This document shows, in pieces, positions 20,599 through 30,714 of a stretch of 37,442 nt of DNA. The stretch is taken from assembly GCA_051382305.1 (NCBI GenBank), contig JBBCAV010000293.1, forward strand, positions 1 through 37,442. The letters are read 5' to 3'. Origin of the DNA: Bdellovibrionota bacterium FG-2. Lineage in GTDB: Bacteria; Bdellovibrionota; UBA1018. Position 1 is the first letter of the stretch, and each line of letters begins with the position of its first letter. The position numbers and the translations under genes are program-made. The notes under the pieces are model-generated. The model did no database searches, had not been told where the DNA came from, and was given only the letters and a program-made list of their open reading frames with translations.

Positions 20599-21033
20599 AT
20601 GATTCTTCGCGTTTTGTTAGCTTTGACGGTCCTGGGCTTGAGTTCATCTGCCTTTGCAAATTACCGCTGCGGAAACTGGAAAATTCAATCCATCGGTCAA
20701 GAACTTCAGGGTTCAACCTTCTTCTATGTAAACGGCGGCTTCTGCAAAAAGTATCAGCTTGGTGAAGGCCCATTCAACGGTCCAAACGTTTCCAAGAAAA
20801 CACCCTTTTTCAAAATTACTTTGGATGGATCAAAGCTTGATGAATTCATCAAACACGCTCTGCTCGCCCGCTCTGATGCGTACGATCGCTATTTGGAATT
20901 TGATCTGGTCGATTCAAGCTTTGCAAACTCCCCTGATGAACTCGGAATCGACATCACCAGCCTTTCCCTTCTTTTTGTAAACCTCGTGGGTCAACCCATG
21001 GAAGTTTCGAAAGGCGGAAAGAAGAAAGAGTAG
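20599..21033 (+). CDS. Secreted hypothetical protein
   Basis: Signal peptide MILRVLLALTVLGLSSSAFA. GGGG lies upstream. Confidence 0.65.
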   Translation: MILRVLLALTVLGLSSSAFANYRCGNWKIQSIGQELQGSTFFYVNGGFCKKYQLGEGPFNGPNVSKKTPFFKITLDGSKLDEFIKHALLARSDAYDRYLEFDLVDSSFANSPDELGIDITSLSLLFVNLVGQPMEVSKGGKKKE

Positions 21034-21088
21034 TCAAAAAGGTAGGAATCGCTGGAAGTCGTGGGACGATAAAGTCTGCGTTTAGCAG

Positions 21089-21373
21089 TTACTCCTTCGC
21101 GACCTGTTTGATCTGAGCCGGATTGAGTAAAATACTCAGGTCCCGCCAGCCGTACGCCACATGCGCAATCGCCTTGCCACCGATTTCGGGGTGCTTAGTT
21201 TCGGGAAGCAGCTCTCCGCCGATTTTTTCGTACTCAGCCTTTTCGGACATTCCGTCCAGCACCGCATCGGGAATAATCCCTCTGTAGGTCGTTTGCCAGG
21301 CGAGGGCATGCACGGCTGCAACTCCTCGGGCATCGGCAGGCTCGACTTCTTGAATGATAAAAGACTTGCTCAT
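21089..21373 (-). pseudogene. GNAT acetyltransferase with central in-frame deletion
   Basis: The N-terminus (DARGVAAVHALAWQTTYRGIIPDAVLD) joins directly to the C-terminus (YEKIGG...EIGG...VAYGWRDL). Acetyl-CoA motif A is absent. Only 94 aa. Confidence 0.75.
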
Positions 21374-21445
21374 GCACCTATTCTTCGCAATTGCATGGCG
21401 GGAGTCAAATCAAATGACGCACAATACAAATCACGAAATTTGACC

Positions 21446-22462
21446 TCACGATTTAGCCGGAAAACAAATTTCATCAAGTCGCAACAGATTGGCGTTATTA
21501 TGGCCGTAGGGGACTTGGTGCCACAAGCTCATTGAATCGACAGTCTCTTTGACAGATCTCTGATCGCCCAGGTTATAGAAAAAATTGAGACGCTCACAGC
21601 GATTGCGAATAGCCCTTCGAATAATGGGCCTTTGCATGAATTCAATGTGAGAGGGATTGAAGGCTTCGTTAAGGTGTTGCGAAAAAAACTTCGCCACAAA
21701 GCCATTCAGGTTGTCGACGTATTCGGGCCGCAGAGAGACTGATCCGTCGCTATTGATCACCAGAAGTGAAGCATAATTGATCCCGTCCAGCGAGATTTGT
21801 TCAAAAAGGTTTTTGTAAAAGTAAAACCCTGCGACATTAGCCGCCAAATCTCCATTTGAGTAAACCCCGTCGGAAATCATTCCAAAAAAACGATTCTCCG
21901 TCTTAACCCCAAAAGCCACAGCATTTGCAAGCGCGACTTCTTCGCTGTCACCCTTGGAAATGGATGTATTAAATATTTTGAGATACTCCATGCGCTGAGT
22001 AAAGAAGTGCCCAAGCTTATCAACGCCAAAGTATATGTCAAAAGCCCGAATAGTTGAACTCATCACAAAATAGCTCGAGCTAATGATGCGATGAAAACCA
22101 GAGTACGAATAGATGGTCTTAAATCGACTCGGGGTAAATGTAATTGGGACACCGTCTTTAGAATTCGATTCGTACGAGAAAATGGAAAAACTCAGGCCAA
22201 AGATAGCGTCTCGCTGCTCTTGCGAGAAGACGGCGTCGCCAAGATTCTGCGCAAGCGATTCGGTAATATCAGCGGGCGAAGGCGGAGATGTGTTTTTATA
22301 ATTCACATCGTCCAGCGTCAGCTGAATTTTCTGAGCGACAAAGGCGGTCAGATCATCGCCAAGGTCCGCAAGCGGGCCGGAAGGGGTAGAGAACTGATCA
22401 GTCTCGTAGCCGAAACTGGTCGTTGATATAAATAGGAATAGCATCGCCACGTAAGACTTCAT
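21446..22462 (-). CDS. Secreted hypothetical protein (DKLGHFF motif)
   Basis: Signal peptide, then YETDQF, FGVDKLGHFF, GVYSNGDLAAN. TTGACG-N17-TATATC lies upstream (22500-22472). Confidence 0.75.
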   Translation of the reverse strand: MKSYVAMLFLFISTTSFGYETDQFSTPSGPLADLGDDLTAFVAQKIQLTLDDVNYKNTSPPSPADITESLAQNLGDAVFSQEQRDAIFGLSFSIFSYESNSKDGVPITFTPSRFKTIYSYSGFHRIISSSYFVMSSTIRAFDIYFGVDKLGHFFTQRMEYLKIFNTSISKGDSEEVALANAVAFGVKTENRFFGMISDGVYSNGDLAANVAGFYFYKNLFEQISLDGINYASLLVINSDGSVSLRPEYVDNLNGFVAKFFSQHLNEAFNPSHIEFMQRPIIRRAIRNRCERLNFFYNLGDQRSVKETVDSMSLWHQVPYGHNNANLLRLDEICFPAKS

Positions 22463-22505
22463 CGCGATACTGATATATCAGATATGACGTGCCGCGTCAA
22501 GGTCC

Positions 22506-23693
22506 TCAGTCTGCGAAAACGCAGCGAACAGGGCGCTTCTTCAAGCGACTAAAAATCCAGGCACCCTGTGTTTCAGGCCCATCCTTCATCCAAGAGACTT
22601 GGTTAAAGTTTGGCAGCAATTTCTTACCCTCTGTCGAACCCTGAACAAAAGCACCACGCATGCGGGATTCCTCGAGTGGTGTCGGTAGGCGACCTCCCAC
22701 ATCGGCACAAACCTTTTCAGCCTGCTGATATTTAGTAGAGCGCCCCAAAATATCGCTCCAAATCAGCCCCGAGGGATCTTTCCACGCCTCGCCAAAACCA
22801 GCACGCTCGACGCGCTCAAAAACATTGACCGCACCCTCGCCATCCAACTTCGAAAGCCGACATTTGAAACCAGTCCGAACCTCTCTGAGCTCATCGCACG
22901 AATAGGAAAAACAAAGATTTGGGACCGCAATCGGCTCAACAGGCACGGGCGCATCGTAGTGAAATTTAAAAACGGAGCCGTCTTGGGCACCTCGGTCGCT
23001 TGCCTCAACAATCATTTTCCCCGGTTTTTTGGGATTGAATTCAAGCACCAAAAATTCCGGCGACAAGGTTTTCGTCAAGTTCACTTCTTGAAGAGATCGG
23101 CAAACCGTACCCGCGCAAATCTTGTCACTCGGATACAAGCTCAGATTTTCGGACGATGAGCTGAGCGCATAATCCAAGATCGGAAAACGCACATCTAAAT
23201 AAAATCGAAAACGAAAGCGATAGCTCCCATCTGAGGTCGCTTGTTCAAATAGAAAATCAGATTCATTTAGGCCACCCGCAGGAGAAGTTTCAGAGTAACC
23301 GTCATACCCGGGAACAGTCAGCAATTGATTGGCATTAAACGAGGAAACGTTTTCACCTCGGACCTCGGGTCCAAAAGCGCTAGCAGCAAACGTGAAGGAC
23401 CAACCGTAGACGTCTTCAGAAACATCTTTACTCGCTACGCCCCCAGAACGAGAGAGCTGCAGTTTTTGATAAATTTCTCGCTCTCGAGCTGAGCCAGCCA
23501 TCCACTCAGTGTCGCGCGAAATTCTCCACTCACGATTGCTTACCAAAGAGTTCAGCAATTTAGATCCCGCCTTCGACAGCGGACCGTATCCTGGCGGATA
23601 AGCAGTCGGCACAGGCTTTGCCATCCCAAAGGCGACGGGTGAAGCAATGGTTGCAAGCAGACAAAGAAATAAAGGCCAGGTTTGTATTTGCAT
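22506..23693 (-). CDS. Secreted protein with a C-terminal DUF1566/C-lectin-like module
   Basis: Signal peptide. C-terminal WKDPSGLIWS...YQQAEKVC...GGRLPT..E...VRCV. Starts 14 nt after the cytochrome gene. Confidence 0.6.
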   Translation of the reverse strand: MQIQTWPLFLCLLATIASPVAFGMAKPVPTAYPPGYGPLSKAGSKLLNSLVSNREWRISRDTEWMAGSAREREIYQKLQLSRSGGVASKDVSEDVYGWSFTFAASAFGPEVRGENVSSFNANQLLTVPGYDGYSETSPAGGLNESDFLFEQATSDGSYRFRFRFYLDVRFPILDYALSSSSENLSLYPSDKICAGTVCRSLQEVNLTKTLSPEFLVLEFNPKKPGKMIVEASDRGAQDGSVFKFHYDAPVPVEPIAVPNLCFSYSCDELREVRTGFKCRLSKLDGEGAVNVFERVERAGFGEAWKDPSGLIWSDILGRSTKYQQAEKVCADVGGRLPTPLEESRMRGAFVQGSTEGKKLLPNFNQVSWMKDGPETQGAWIFSRLKKRPVRCVFAD

Positions 23694-23707
23694 AAGAACT
23701 CGTCTTT

Positions 23708-24718
23708 CTATAATCGTCTGTAGTTAGCGTTTCCGTGGCAGGCGTGAGCACAAGTTCCGCCTTGTGGGCTCACCAAAAATTCGAATTTTCTCTTTTTGAG
23801 CGGTGATTCATCCGAGGCAATATTGTGGGCATTTACCCCGCCATGAACATTGTGACAAACAGTGCAAGATCTCCCCTTTTTTACTACATGTAAGAAATGT
23901 AAATTCAGGCGTGTTGTTTTCCCATTCACTACCTCATCCTTGCGGAATCGAGTCTCAGACGCGGAAACGAATTCCGACGAAACCAACGCCTGGTGACATT
24001 GAAGACAAATTGTAACGAGGTTGGAATTCCAATTGGGTTTTGAAGAGCCCGATTGATTGCGGATCAAGGGAGCCAACTGGCTGGCATGAGGAGTGTGGCA
24101 CGCGATGCATTTGCCGTCTTTTGCGGGTTTGTGCGACAAAGGCAAATCCCCAATAGCCTGCTTCATGTTTGGAGTCTGTCCCAGCTTTTGATCGTGGCAA
24201 GAAAAACAGTCGCCCCCTTGTGCCGTCAACAGTCTCTTATTCGGGCTCGAATGAGGCACGTGACAAATCAGGCAACTCCGCTGAAAATCCAGAGCGCCAT
24301 GCTTGCTGCTTCCTTCTGGAATGAGACCCGTATGGCAGGAGGTACAAAGTTTACCCGGCTCGTCTCGAAGAAAACTCCTCCGTGCGCCGCCATGAGGATT
24401 GTGACAATAAGTGCAGCCGTTTTTCTTCTCAATAGCCTTGTGTACGACTGGGCCAGAATCCATGGGCTCGTGGCAATTGTAGCAAGTATCGTTGGACGGA
24501 TCGGTGGAGACGTATTCCTTCTTCTGGGTGGTCAGGTGCTCAGGCTGTACCGTGTGGCAAGCATCACAATAGTTATTGCTAACGGGATAATGAACATGTT
24601 CACTCTGCGCGAGTTTGGCGTGACATCCCAAGCAGGGATTATCTTCTGAATAAGCAACTGAAGCGACACCCACGAACACCGCGAAAGTTCCGACAAACAA
24701 AGAAATGAATTTGAGCAT
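23708..24718 (-). CDS. Periplasmic multiheme cytochrome c (10 CXXCH + 1 CX3CH; paired-CXXCH/DmsE-MtrA-like)
   Basis: Sec signal. Repeats of the form H.P....CxxCH.PH....L....CxxCH. Terminal CAHACH. Confidence 0.9.
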   Translation of the reverse strand: MLKFISLFVGTFAVFVGVASVAYSEDNPCLGCHAKLAQSEHVHYPVSNNYCDACHTVQPEHLTTQKKEYVSTDPSNDTCYNCHEPMDSGPVVHKAIEKKNGCTYCHNPHGGARRSFLRDEPGKLCTSCHTGLIPEGSSKHGALDFQRSCLICHVPHSSPNKRLLTAQGGDCFSCHDQKLGQTPNMKQAIGDLPLSHKPAKDGKCIACHTPHASQLAPLIRNQSGSSKPNWNSNLVTICLQCHQALVSSEFVSASETRFRKDEVVNGKTTRLNLHFLHVVKKGRSCTVCHNVHGGVNAHNIASDESPLKKRKFEFLVSPQGGTCAHACHGNANYRRL

Positions 24719-24810
24719 CTATAGAGTTCCTTCTTCCGATCCCGAGCCTGCGCGCCGAACATATAGCATTATGCGTCAAAAATCAAGCCGCTTCCCATGA
24801 TATGACCAAT

Positions 24811-24826
24811 CCTGTATCGATACAGG
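24811..24826. promoter_or_regulatory. Perfect 16-bp palindrome, candidate TF operator
   Basis: CCTGTATCGATACAGG is self-complementary and lies about 93 nt upstream of the 11-heme cytochrome start. Confidence 0.45.
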
Positions 24827-25067
24827 CCGTAGCGATAAAATTAAACAATATCATCATGTTGTCGCTCGCGGCACTCGTTTCTGCTCACTTCGCGCGTGCC
24901 TCTGATTTAGCAAAGATCGATACCCCGATTCTGATCGTAGGCGGCGACTTCGGAGCTCATTAACAAGCGAGATGACGGACTAATTCGTTGTGCCTATTGC
25001 GCAATAAGCGCAGCACTTCAGCCAAGCTTCTTGTATCCAAATTTCTCACACGGTAGTTATAACTCCC

Positions 25068-25640
25068 ATGAGAATCATCACCAAAGCACTCACCCCGACA
25101 CTCTGGCCTGCTCTCGAAAGCCTATTTGGGAGCAAAGGCGCGTGCGGCGGCTGCTGGTGCATGTACTGGCGAATTGAAAAAAGCGAGAAGTGGGAGGAGA
25201 TCAAAGGCCCCGCCGCAAAGAGCCGACTCAAGAAACTCGTCGCCTCTGGAAAAGCGCAAGGTGTTTTGGCCTTTATTGATAACGAAGCTGTGGATTGGTG
25301 CTCACTTGGCAAAAGAGTTGATTTTGATCGCCTTAACCGCGCTCCAAGCCTAGCCTGCGATGACGCCGAAGAAGTCTGGTCTGCACCGTGTTTCTATATC
25401 CGGCCGGGTTTTCGGCAAAAAGGAGTCGCTACCGCACTTTTGAGAGCCGCCTCAGCCCTCGCCAAGAAAAAGGGCGCACGAATTCTGGAGGGCTATCCCG
25501 TGAAACCAAATGAGGCAGGCGCGATCCCTGCCGCGTTTGCCTGGACAGGCACGCAGTCCCTATTCGGAAAAGCAGGCTTTAAAGTCGTCGGAAATCGTGA
25601 CGGGGGCAAACAGCGTGTAAGGAAGGACCTTAAAAAATGA
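25068..25640 (+). CDS. GNAT acetyltransferase (CxC-containing family)
   Basis: GACGGCWCMYWR, WSAPCFYIRPGFRQKGVATALL, LEGYPV, AWTG...F.KAGF. Confidence 0.88.
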   Translation: MRIITKALTPTLWPALESLFGSKGACGGCWCMYWRIEKSEKWEEIKGPAAKSRLKKLVASGKAQGVLAFIDNEAVDWCSLGKRVDFDRLNRAPSLACDDAEEVWSAPCFYIRPGFRQKGVATALLRAASALAKKKGARILEGYPVKPNEAGAIPAAFAWTGTQSLFGKAGFKVVGNRDGGKQRVRKDLKK

Positions 25641-25720
25641 AACCGCAGCGACTGATTTCACTCATTCTTGCACTCCCGCTTTCAGCGTGTTCGACCGCCC
25701 CCCAAAAGGCAGAAACACTG

Positions 25721-25947
25721 CTATCGCCTTATTTGGCTCAATGCGGTCGCGGGATGTTTTCTTACCTGTATCACACTGCGAACCTCTAGAACATGACGGG
25801 CTAGCCGATGGAAGCCATCGAGAATGATCCATTTGCCCTTTACACAGAAAAGATCAATCGCCCCCAGACCTTCTGATTATCCCAATTGAAATCAAAATAG
25901 AACGACTTGATCTCCTCGGGTAGTACTATCGTCATGGTCGACATCAT
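25721..25947 (-). pseudogene. ParB/Srx-like protein remnant with internal deletion and frameshift
   Basis: MMSTMTIVLPEEIKSFYFDFNWDNQKVWG, then in another frame AIDLFCVKGKWIILDGFHRLARHVLEVRSVIQVRKHP...*. The DGxHRL motif is ParB-like. Not in the ORF track. Confidence 0.6.
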
Positions 25948-25956
25948 CGTTAAAGA

Positions 25957-26555
25957 CTAGCCTTTCCCAAGCAATACCTTCATATGACTCCACCATCCGC
26001 GCTCTTGGATGTCTCGCGAGAGTTCCTGAAAGCCGGCCTCTTCGAGCTCGCCAAAAATCGAAGCAGCGCTTGCCATATGTCGATAGGTTTTCCCCTCTTC
26101 CAACAAGGATTTTGTGCTTGGGTCAAATATTGGAGCACCTTCGCCTCCGGTAAAGGGTCCGCAAATACAGCTGACGAAAAAAATCCCATTGGGGCGGAGT
26201 ACTCGATGGATTTCTCTTAAGGCTTTGCCGCGATCTTCACCAAGAATACAGTGAAGGCAATTGCCGTCGAGAATGGCGTCAAATTCACCAGATTCAAAAG
26301 CCGAAAGATCGGTGAGGGTGCCTAACAAAAATCGAGCGGACTTTTTTCTTCTTTAGCCTTTTCTTCACCCCAGACAATTGCTGTCGGAGAAATATCAATT
26401 CCGGTCACATCAAATCCGTGATCTGCCATTAGATCTTGGATTGTTTTTTCCCAATTGGCTTTACGCTGGTGCGCGAGTTCGCCACCCCATCCAGCGTCGC
26501 CTCTTTGACGCGCAAGTTTGTATTTTTGATCGTGGATAGAGTAGTCGTGAAACAT
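25957..26555 (-). pseudogene. Class I SAM methyltransferase, motif I missing, frameshift near 26330
   Basis: GFDVTGIDISPTAI and FDAILDGNCLHCI...HRVLRPNG are in different frames, split at a T5 run. The GxGxG motif I expected before GFDVTGID is absent. Confidence 0.8.
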
Positions 26556-27157
26556 TATTGGGCGACCTGCACCCTATAAATGGAGCGCTCCCAGTCGGCT
26601 TGGCTAAGCCAGTGGGGAGCGGATCTCTCAAACCCCGCCTCTACGAATCCCTTGGTCATCCCAGGCCAAAGGACATCGGCCTTATGTTTTTCGACGGCAC
26701 TTGCATCAAAAGGGTAGCCCTCTATTGTAGCCCAACCCTGCGATTTGCCGTAGACCAAGAGTTCCTTGAGAAGTTCACTTTATAATCCTTGGTTTCGAAA
26801 TTTTGGTGCAAGAGTGATGCAGGTGATTCCAGCGGTATTCTTAGAGGCTTCGCCAACCGCGATCGCTCGTTTCCAAGTCCAATAAAAATCAGTTAAGGGT
26901 CCAACAGAAATCCATCCCAGGAGCTCTTCCCCTCGATACGCAAGCACACCCACATGAAAGCCGGATCGAACCCGATCGAGCACCGTCGCTCTGTTTAGTT
27001 CCGGCGCTTCTTTTTCTCGCTTGATCCAAGACTCCATGGAAGCCCATTTTTGATGCCAGAAGGCGCAATAACAGCCGCCGTCTTTCCCACAGCGAGTAAG
27101 TTCTTCATAATCTGTGAAATTCGCCTCAGTAAGTTTTTCAATTCGAATCTTGTTCAT
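26555..27157 (-). pseudogene. GNAT acetyltransferase interrupted by an in-frame TAA
   Basis: GCYCAFWH...GWISVGP...APKFRNQGL*SELLKELLVYGKSQGWATIEGYPF. The TAA at 26780-26782 is in frame with both ORFs. The gene stop overlaps the methyltransferase ATG (TAATG). Confidence 0.85.
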
Positions 27158-27232
27158 TTGCTCCTTAGACGTCGACAAGGCCACCATAAATGGAGTTGCT
27201 CATACTCAATCATCCAGATAAGAGTGGTTCAA

Positions 27233-27559
27233 ATGCTTTTTGTGAGGCTCTCCATTTTTTTGCTTGCCGCCTGTTCTGCCTACGCTGAAACAGAGCCCCC
27301 CGCCTACCGGGAGTTTAGACAGGCATGCACAACTGCGTTTGCACAATCCCAGGGGCAGCCTGATTCTTCAGACCCTAGTGTTGCAAAGGAGTTTTGCGTC
27401 TGCGTCACCCAAGAGAGCAAAAGCCAAAAGGTAACACTCAAAGCACTTAAGCAGGAAACGGCGCGAATCCAGAAGGACCCTAAAGCGCAAATACAAGATT
27501 CCAGACTCTTGGCTGCCTTTCACTACTGTACGATGGAAGTATTCAGGCAAGGAAAGTAG
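27233..27559 (+). CDS. Small secreted Cys-containing hypothetical protein
   Basis: Signal peptide MLFVRLSIFLLAACSAYA, with C...CVC...C pattern. Confidence 0.65.
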   Translation: MLFVRLSIFLLAACSAYAETEPPAYREFRQACTTAFAQSQGQPDSSDPSVAKEFCVCVTQESKSQKVTLKALKQETARIQKDPKAQIQDSRLLAAFHYCTMEVFRQGK

Positions 27560-27605
27560 GACAATTTCCCATTGACTCCCCCGCACTTCCCGCTAAAACG
27601 AAGGA

Positions 27606-29993
27606 ATGCACAAAAACACCTCACTCATAGCCCTTGCAATCGTATCTCTCATCTCGCTAACGCTCGCGACTTTTTCCTGTAGCCACGCCCCCCAAATTCC
27701 CGGAAAAATCTCATTTCCCGAGGAAACACACTTCAAGAATATTCGCCAACTCACCGCGGGCGGCACGAACGCCGAAGCCTACTGGTCTTTCAATAACAAA
27801 TGGCTCTCATTCCAACACAAGGGTCACGGTCCCCAAGGCCCCGCTTGCGACCAAATTTACGTCATGCGCGCGGATGGCTCGGGTCGCGCCCAAATTTCTA
27901 ATGGCAAAGGACGCACGACCTGCGCCTACTATTTGCCCGGCGATGAGCGCGTACTCTTCAGCAGCACCCACGGCGCTGATGAGAACTGCCCCCCCGTCCC
28001 CGACATGAGCAAAGGGTACGTTTGGCCAATCTATGAGACATTTCAAATTTATTCCGCAAAAACAGATGGCACGGATTTACGACTGACCGAGCCCGGAGCT
28101 CCACGCGCCTACAACGCTGAAGCCACCGTATGCAAAGACGGCAGCGTGATCTTTACCAGTGATCGCGACGGCGACCTCGACCTCTATACGGGCAAACTTG
28201 ACTCCATGGGCACGATGACTCAAGTCAAACGAATCACCAAGGGCCTCGGCTATGACGGCGGAGCATTTTTCTCCACCGATTGCTCGAGAATCGTGTGGCG
28301 CGCATCAAGGCCCCGTAAAGGCAAAGAGGCGGATGAATACTTAGGGCTGCTCAAGAAACACCTCGTAAAACCCTCACAACTTGAAATCTGGGTGGCCAAT
28401 GCCGACGGCACTCACGCCCGCCAAATCTCACGAATGGGCGCCGCAAGTTTTGCGCCCTACTTCACACCCGATAACAAAGCGGTGCTTTTCGCCTCAAATC
28501 CCAGAGACCCACGCGGCCGTAAATTTGAGATCTACAAAATCAACGTCGATGGAACGGGACTCGAGCGCGTGAGTTTTTCAGACACGTTTGAAAGTTTCCC
28601 GATGTTCTCGCCGGATGGGAAACATATTGCGTTTTCGTCTAACCGCAACGCCACTGAGCCTCATGAGACCAACGTGTTTGTCGCCGACTGGGTTCCGGGC
28701 CCTGAGCAGACGTTTAGTGTCGATGATACGCGCCCTGAAAATCGCGTGTTCGCAACCGTTCAAAAACTCAGCACCGATGAAATGGAAGGCCGCGGATTAG
28801 GGACCCCCGGACTAGAAAAAGCCGAGAAATTCGTCGCCGAGCGCTTTGCTTCTATTGGACTCAAACCGCTCTATGAAACCTATCCTAGGGCAACGGATGG
28901 ATCGGGTTACTTTCATAACGTCGAAGTTAAAATGGTGAATTCCAAAACGCCCGATCGGATCGAAAAAGGCCACAACATTGTTGGAACCTATGGCGCAGGT
29001 TGCGGCAAAGTGGGTCCCGTGGTCATTGGGGCGCACTTAGATCATTTGGGGCATGGGGCAGAGAATTCCTTAGAACCCTCCAAGAGCGGAATCCATCACG
29101 GCGCCGATGACAACGCCTCTGGCGTTGCGGCCGTAATGGAAGCGGCGAGACTGATTGTGGCGGATCCCAAATACAAAGATTCCAAATCGGCGTGTTTCGT
29201 TTTCACGGCTTTCACCGGTGAAGAGAGTGGCATCGCTGGATCCTCACGCTTAGCCGAACTTTTCAAAGCAATGAAGGTGCAACCCAAGGTCATGATGAAC
29301 CTCGACATGGTGGGGCGCATGGAAAATAATCAGCTCATTGTATTTGGGAGCGACTCCGCCAAAGAATGGAACGGCATGGTCCAAGAAGAATGCGACGCCC
29401 GCCACCTCACCTGCCCGGGCGGCGGGGATGGGTACGGTCCGAGCGATCACATGGCGTTTTTCATTAATAAGGCGGCCGTGCTTCACTTCTTCACCGGACC
29501 TCACGGCGATTATCACCGCGTGAGCGATACGCTTGAGAAAATCAACGCCACGGGTACAATTCAAACCGCCGAAACAGTTGCGGCGCTTGCGATTCGCGCG
29601 ATGGATCCGAAAGTGCATTTCACTTATCAAAAAGCGCCCAAGGCTCCTATGTTTGGGCAACACCCAGGGGGCCAGGGAGAAAAGAAGGGCCGCAAAGTTT
29701 ACCTAGGCACGATTCCCGACTACTCAAGCCTGTCCTCCCCTCACGGCCCAACCGGGGGAGGTGCAGAAGGCGGCGGAATCAAATTGGCCGGCGCGCGCCA
29801 AGGCAGTCCCGCCGAGAAAGCGGGGGTCAAAGAAGGCGATATTTTGACTGGGATTGATGCAGAGAAAATAAATTCGCTAGAGGATTTCATGAAGATCTTA
29901 GGGACTCTTTCCGCTGACCAGAAGATCACACTCGTGATCCGCCGAGACGGCAAGGAATTGAAACTTCCCGCGACGGTTGAAAAAAAGGACTAG
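27606..29993 (+). CDS. PD40 (TolB-like propeller)-M28 peptidase-PDZ lipoprotein
   Basis: NAEAYWS, YDGGAFFS, SFAPYF, FPMFSPDG propeller blades. M28 motifs IGAHLDHLG, GADDNASG, FTGEESG, NLDMVGR, SDH, DYH. PDZ LGTIPDY...GSPAEKAG..GD. Confidence 0.92.
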   Translation: MHKNTSLIALAIVSLISLTLATFSCSHAPQIPGKISFPEETHFKNIRQLTAGGTNAEAYWSFNNKWLSFQHKGHGPQGPACDQIYVMRADGSGRAQISNGKGRTTCAYYLPGDERVLFSSTHGADENCPPVPDMSKGYVWPIYETFQIYSAKTDGTDLRLTEPGAPRAYNAEATVCKDGSVIFTSDRDGDLDLYTGKLDSMGTMTQVKRITKGLGYDGGAFFSTDCSRIVWRASRPRKGKEADEYLGLLKKHLVKPSQLEIWVANADGTHARQISRMGAASFAPYFTPDNKAVLFASNPRDPRGRKFEIYKINVDGTGLERVSFSDTFESFPMFSPDGKHIAFSSNRNATEPHETNVFVADWVPGPEQTFSVDDTRPENRVFATVQKLSTDEMEGRGLGTPGLEKAEKFVAERFASIGLKPLYETYPRATDGSGYFHNVEVKMVNSKTPDRIEKGHNIVGTYGAGCGKVGPVVIGAHLDHLGHGAENSLEPSKSGIHHGADDNASGVAAVMEAARLIVADPKYKDSKSACFVFTAFTGEESGIAGSSRLAELFKAMKVQPKVMMNLDMVGRMENNQLIVFGSDSAKEWNGMVQEECDARHLTCPGGGDGYGPSDHMAFFINKAAVLHFFTGPHGDYHRVSDTLEKINATGTIQTAETVAALAIRAMDPKVHFTYQKAPKAPMFGQHPGGQGEKKGRKVYLGTIPDYSSLSSPHGPTGGGAEGGGIKLAGARQGSPAEKAGVKEGDILTGIDAEKINSLEDFMKILGTLSADQKITLVIRRDGKELKLPATVEKKD

Positions 29994-30073
29994 ATAACTC
30001 ATCGCGCCACTTATTACGGAACTTGCGTTTTGAGGAATTTTCGCTTAGACCCATTATCTACCTATTTGATAAT

Positions 30074-30149
30074 GGCCTGGTAGCTCAGTCGGTAGAGCAG
30101 CGCCCTGAAAAGGCGTGTGTCGGCAGTTCGATTCTGTCCCAGGCCACCA
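30074..30149 (+). tRNA. tRNA-Phe (GAA)
   Basis: 76 nt. Acceptor stem GGCCTGG/CCAGGCC, D-arm AGCTCAGTCGGTAGAGC, anticodon loop CTGAAAA, T-loop TTCGATT, encoded CCA. Confidence 0.97.
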
Positions 30150-30174
30150 CTTCCTCCTAGACGAGACCCCGACA

Positions 30175-30459
30175 AAACATGAAATCGCAAAGGCTTGGAA
30201 AAAACACTTCGGCGCCTGAAGTCCTCAATATTTTTTGCCCTATGACCAATATCCGTGGTTCCAAGACGCCACGGTTTCCGAAATTCATAACGTAGAACTT
30301 CTGCACTTTCTTATGGACTGTGTCTTTAACCATCCAAAATTATGTTCTGTTCGATGGTTGTTAAAGACAACTCATTCGCAGTCGCTTTATGAGGATTTTG
30401 GTTTTGAGCAGTTGCCTGTCATTACGGGCAGGATGAGGCGCGGCGGACAATGTTGTTGA
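30175..30459 (+). pseudogene. Mosaic remnant: DUF4160 C-terminus, DUF2442 fragments and a GNAT C-terminus
   Basis: KHEIAKAWKKHFGA* (30175-30219) overlaps MKSQRLGKNTSAPEVLNI (from 30179). This shifts to YFLPYDQYPWFQDATVSEIHNVELLH, which is fused to FLMDCVFNHPKL..VRWLLKT..SQSLYEDFGF. Confidence 0.7.
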
Positions 30460-30714
30460 AGCCCTGCATCTTTGATGCAGATGTTACGAGTGGCAAGACC
30501 TACCTTAATGCCCGCACAAGCACGCGACGACTTCCATAGCGGTACGAACAGTTGATTGTTGCGCGCACAAAAGACCGTCTTGATGACGGCCAGTCAATTT
30601 GTCGCAATTTCCCCCGACCAAGTAGGCCTTGTCATGTCGGGAGCGAAAAGCGCACCAATCAAGTGTCAAAATCGCCCAAGGAATGCTCAACTATTAACGT
30701 CTCAAATTCTAGGC

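Noticed and set aside
11800-26782. Stop-to-Gln recoding, since both in-frame stops (TAG 11800, TAA 26780) fall at likely Gln positions
   Set aside because: TAA and TAG terminate intact genes throughout the window (groEL, groES, pal, peptidase). Single C>T transitions in already decaying genes explain both.
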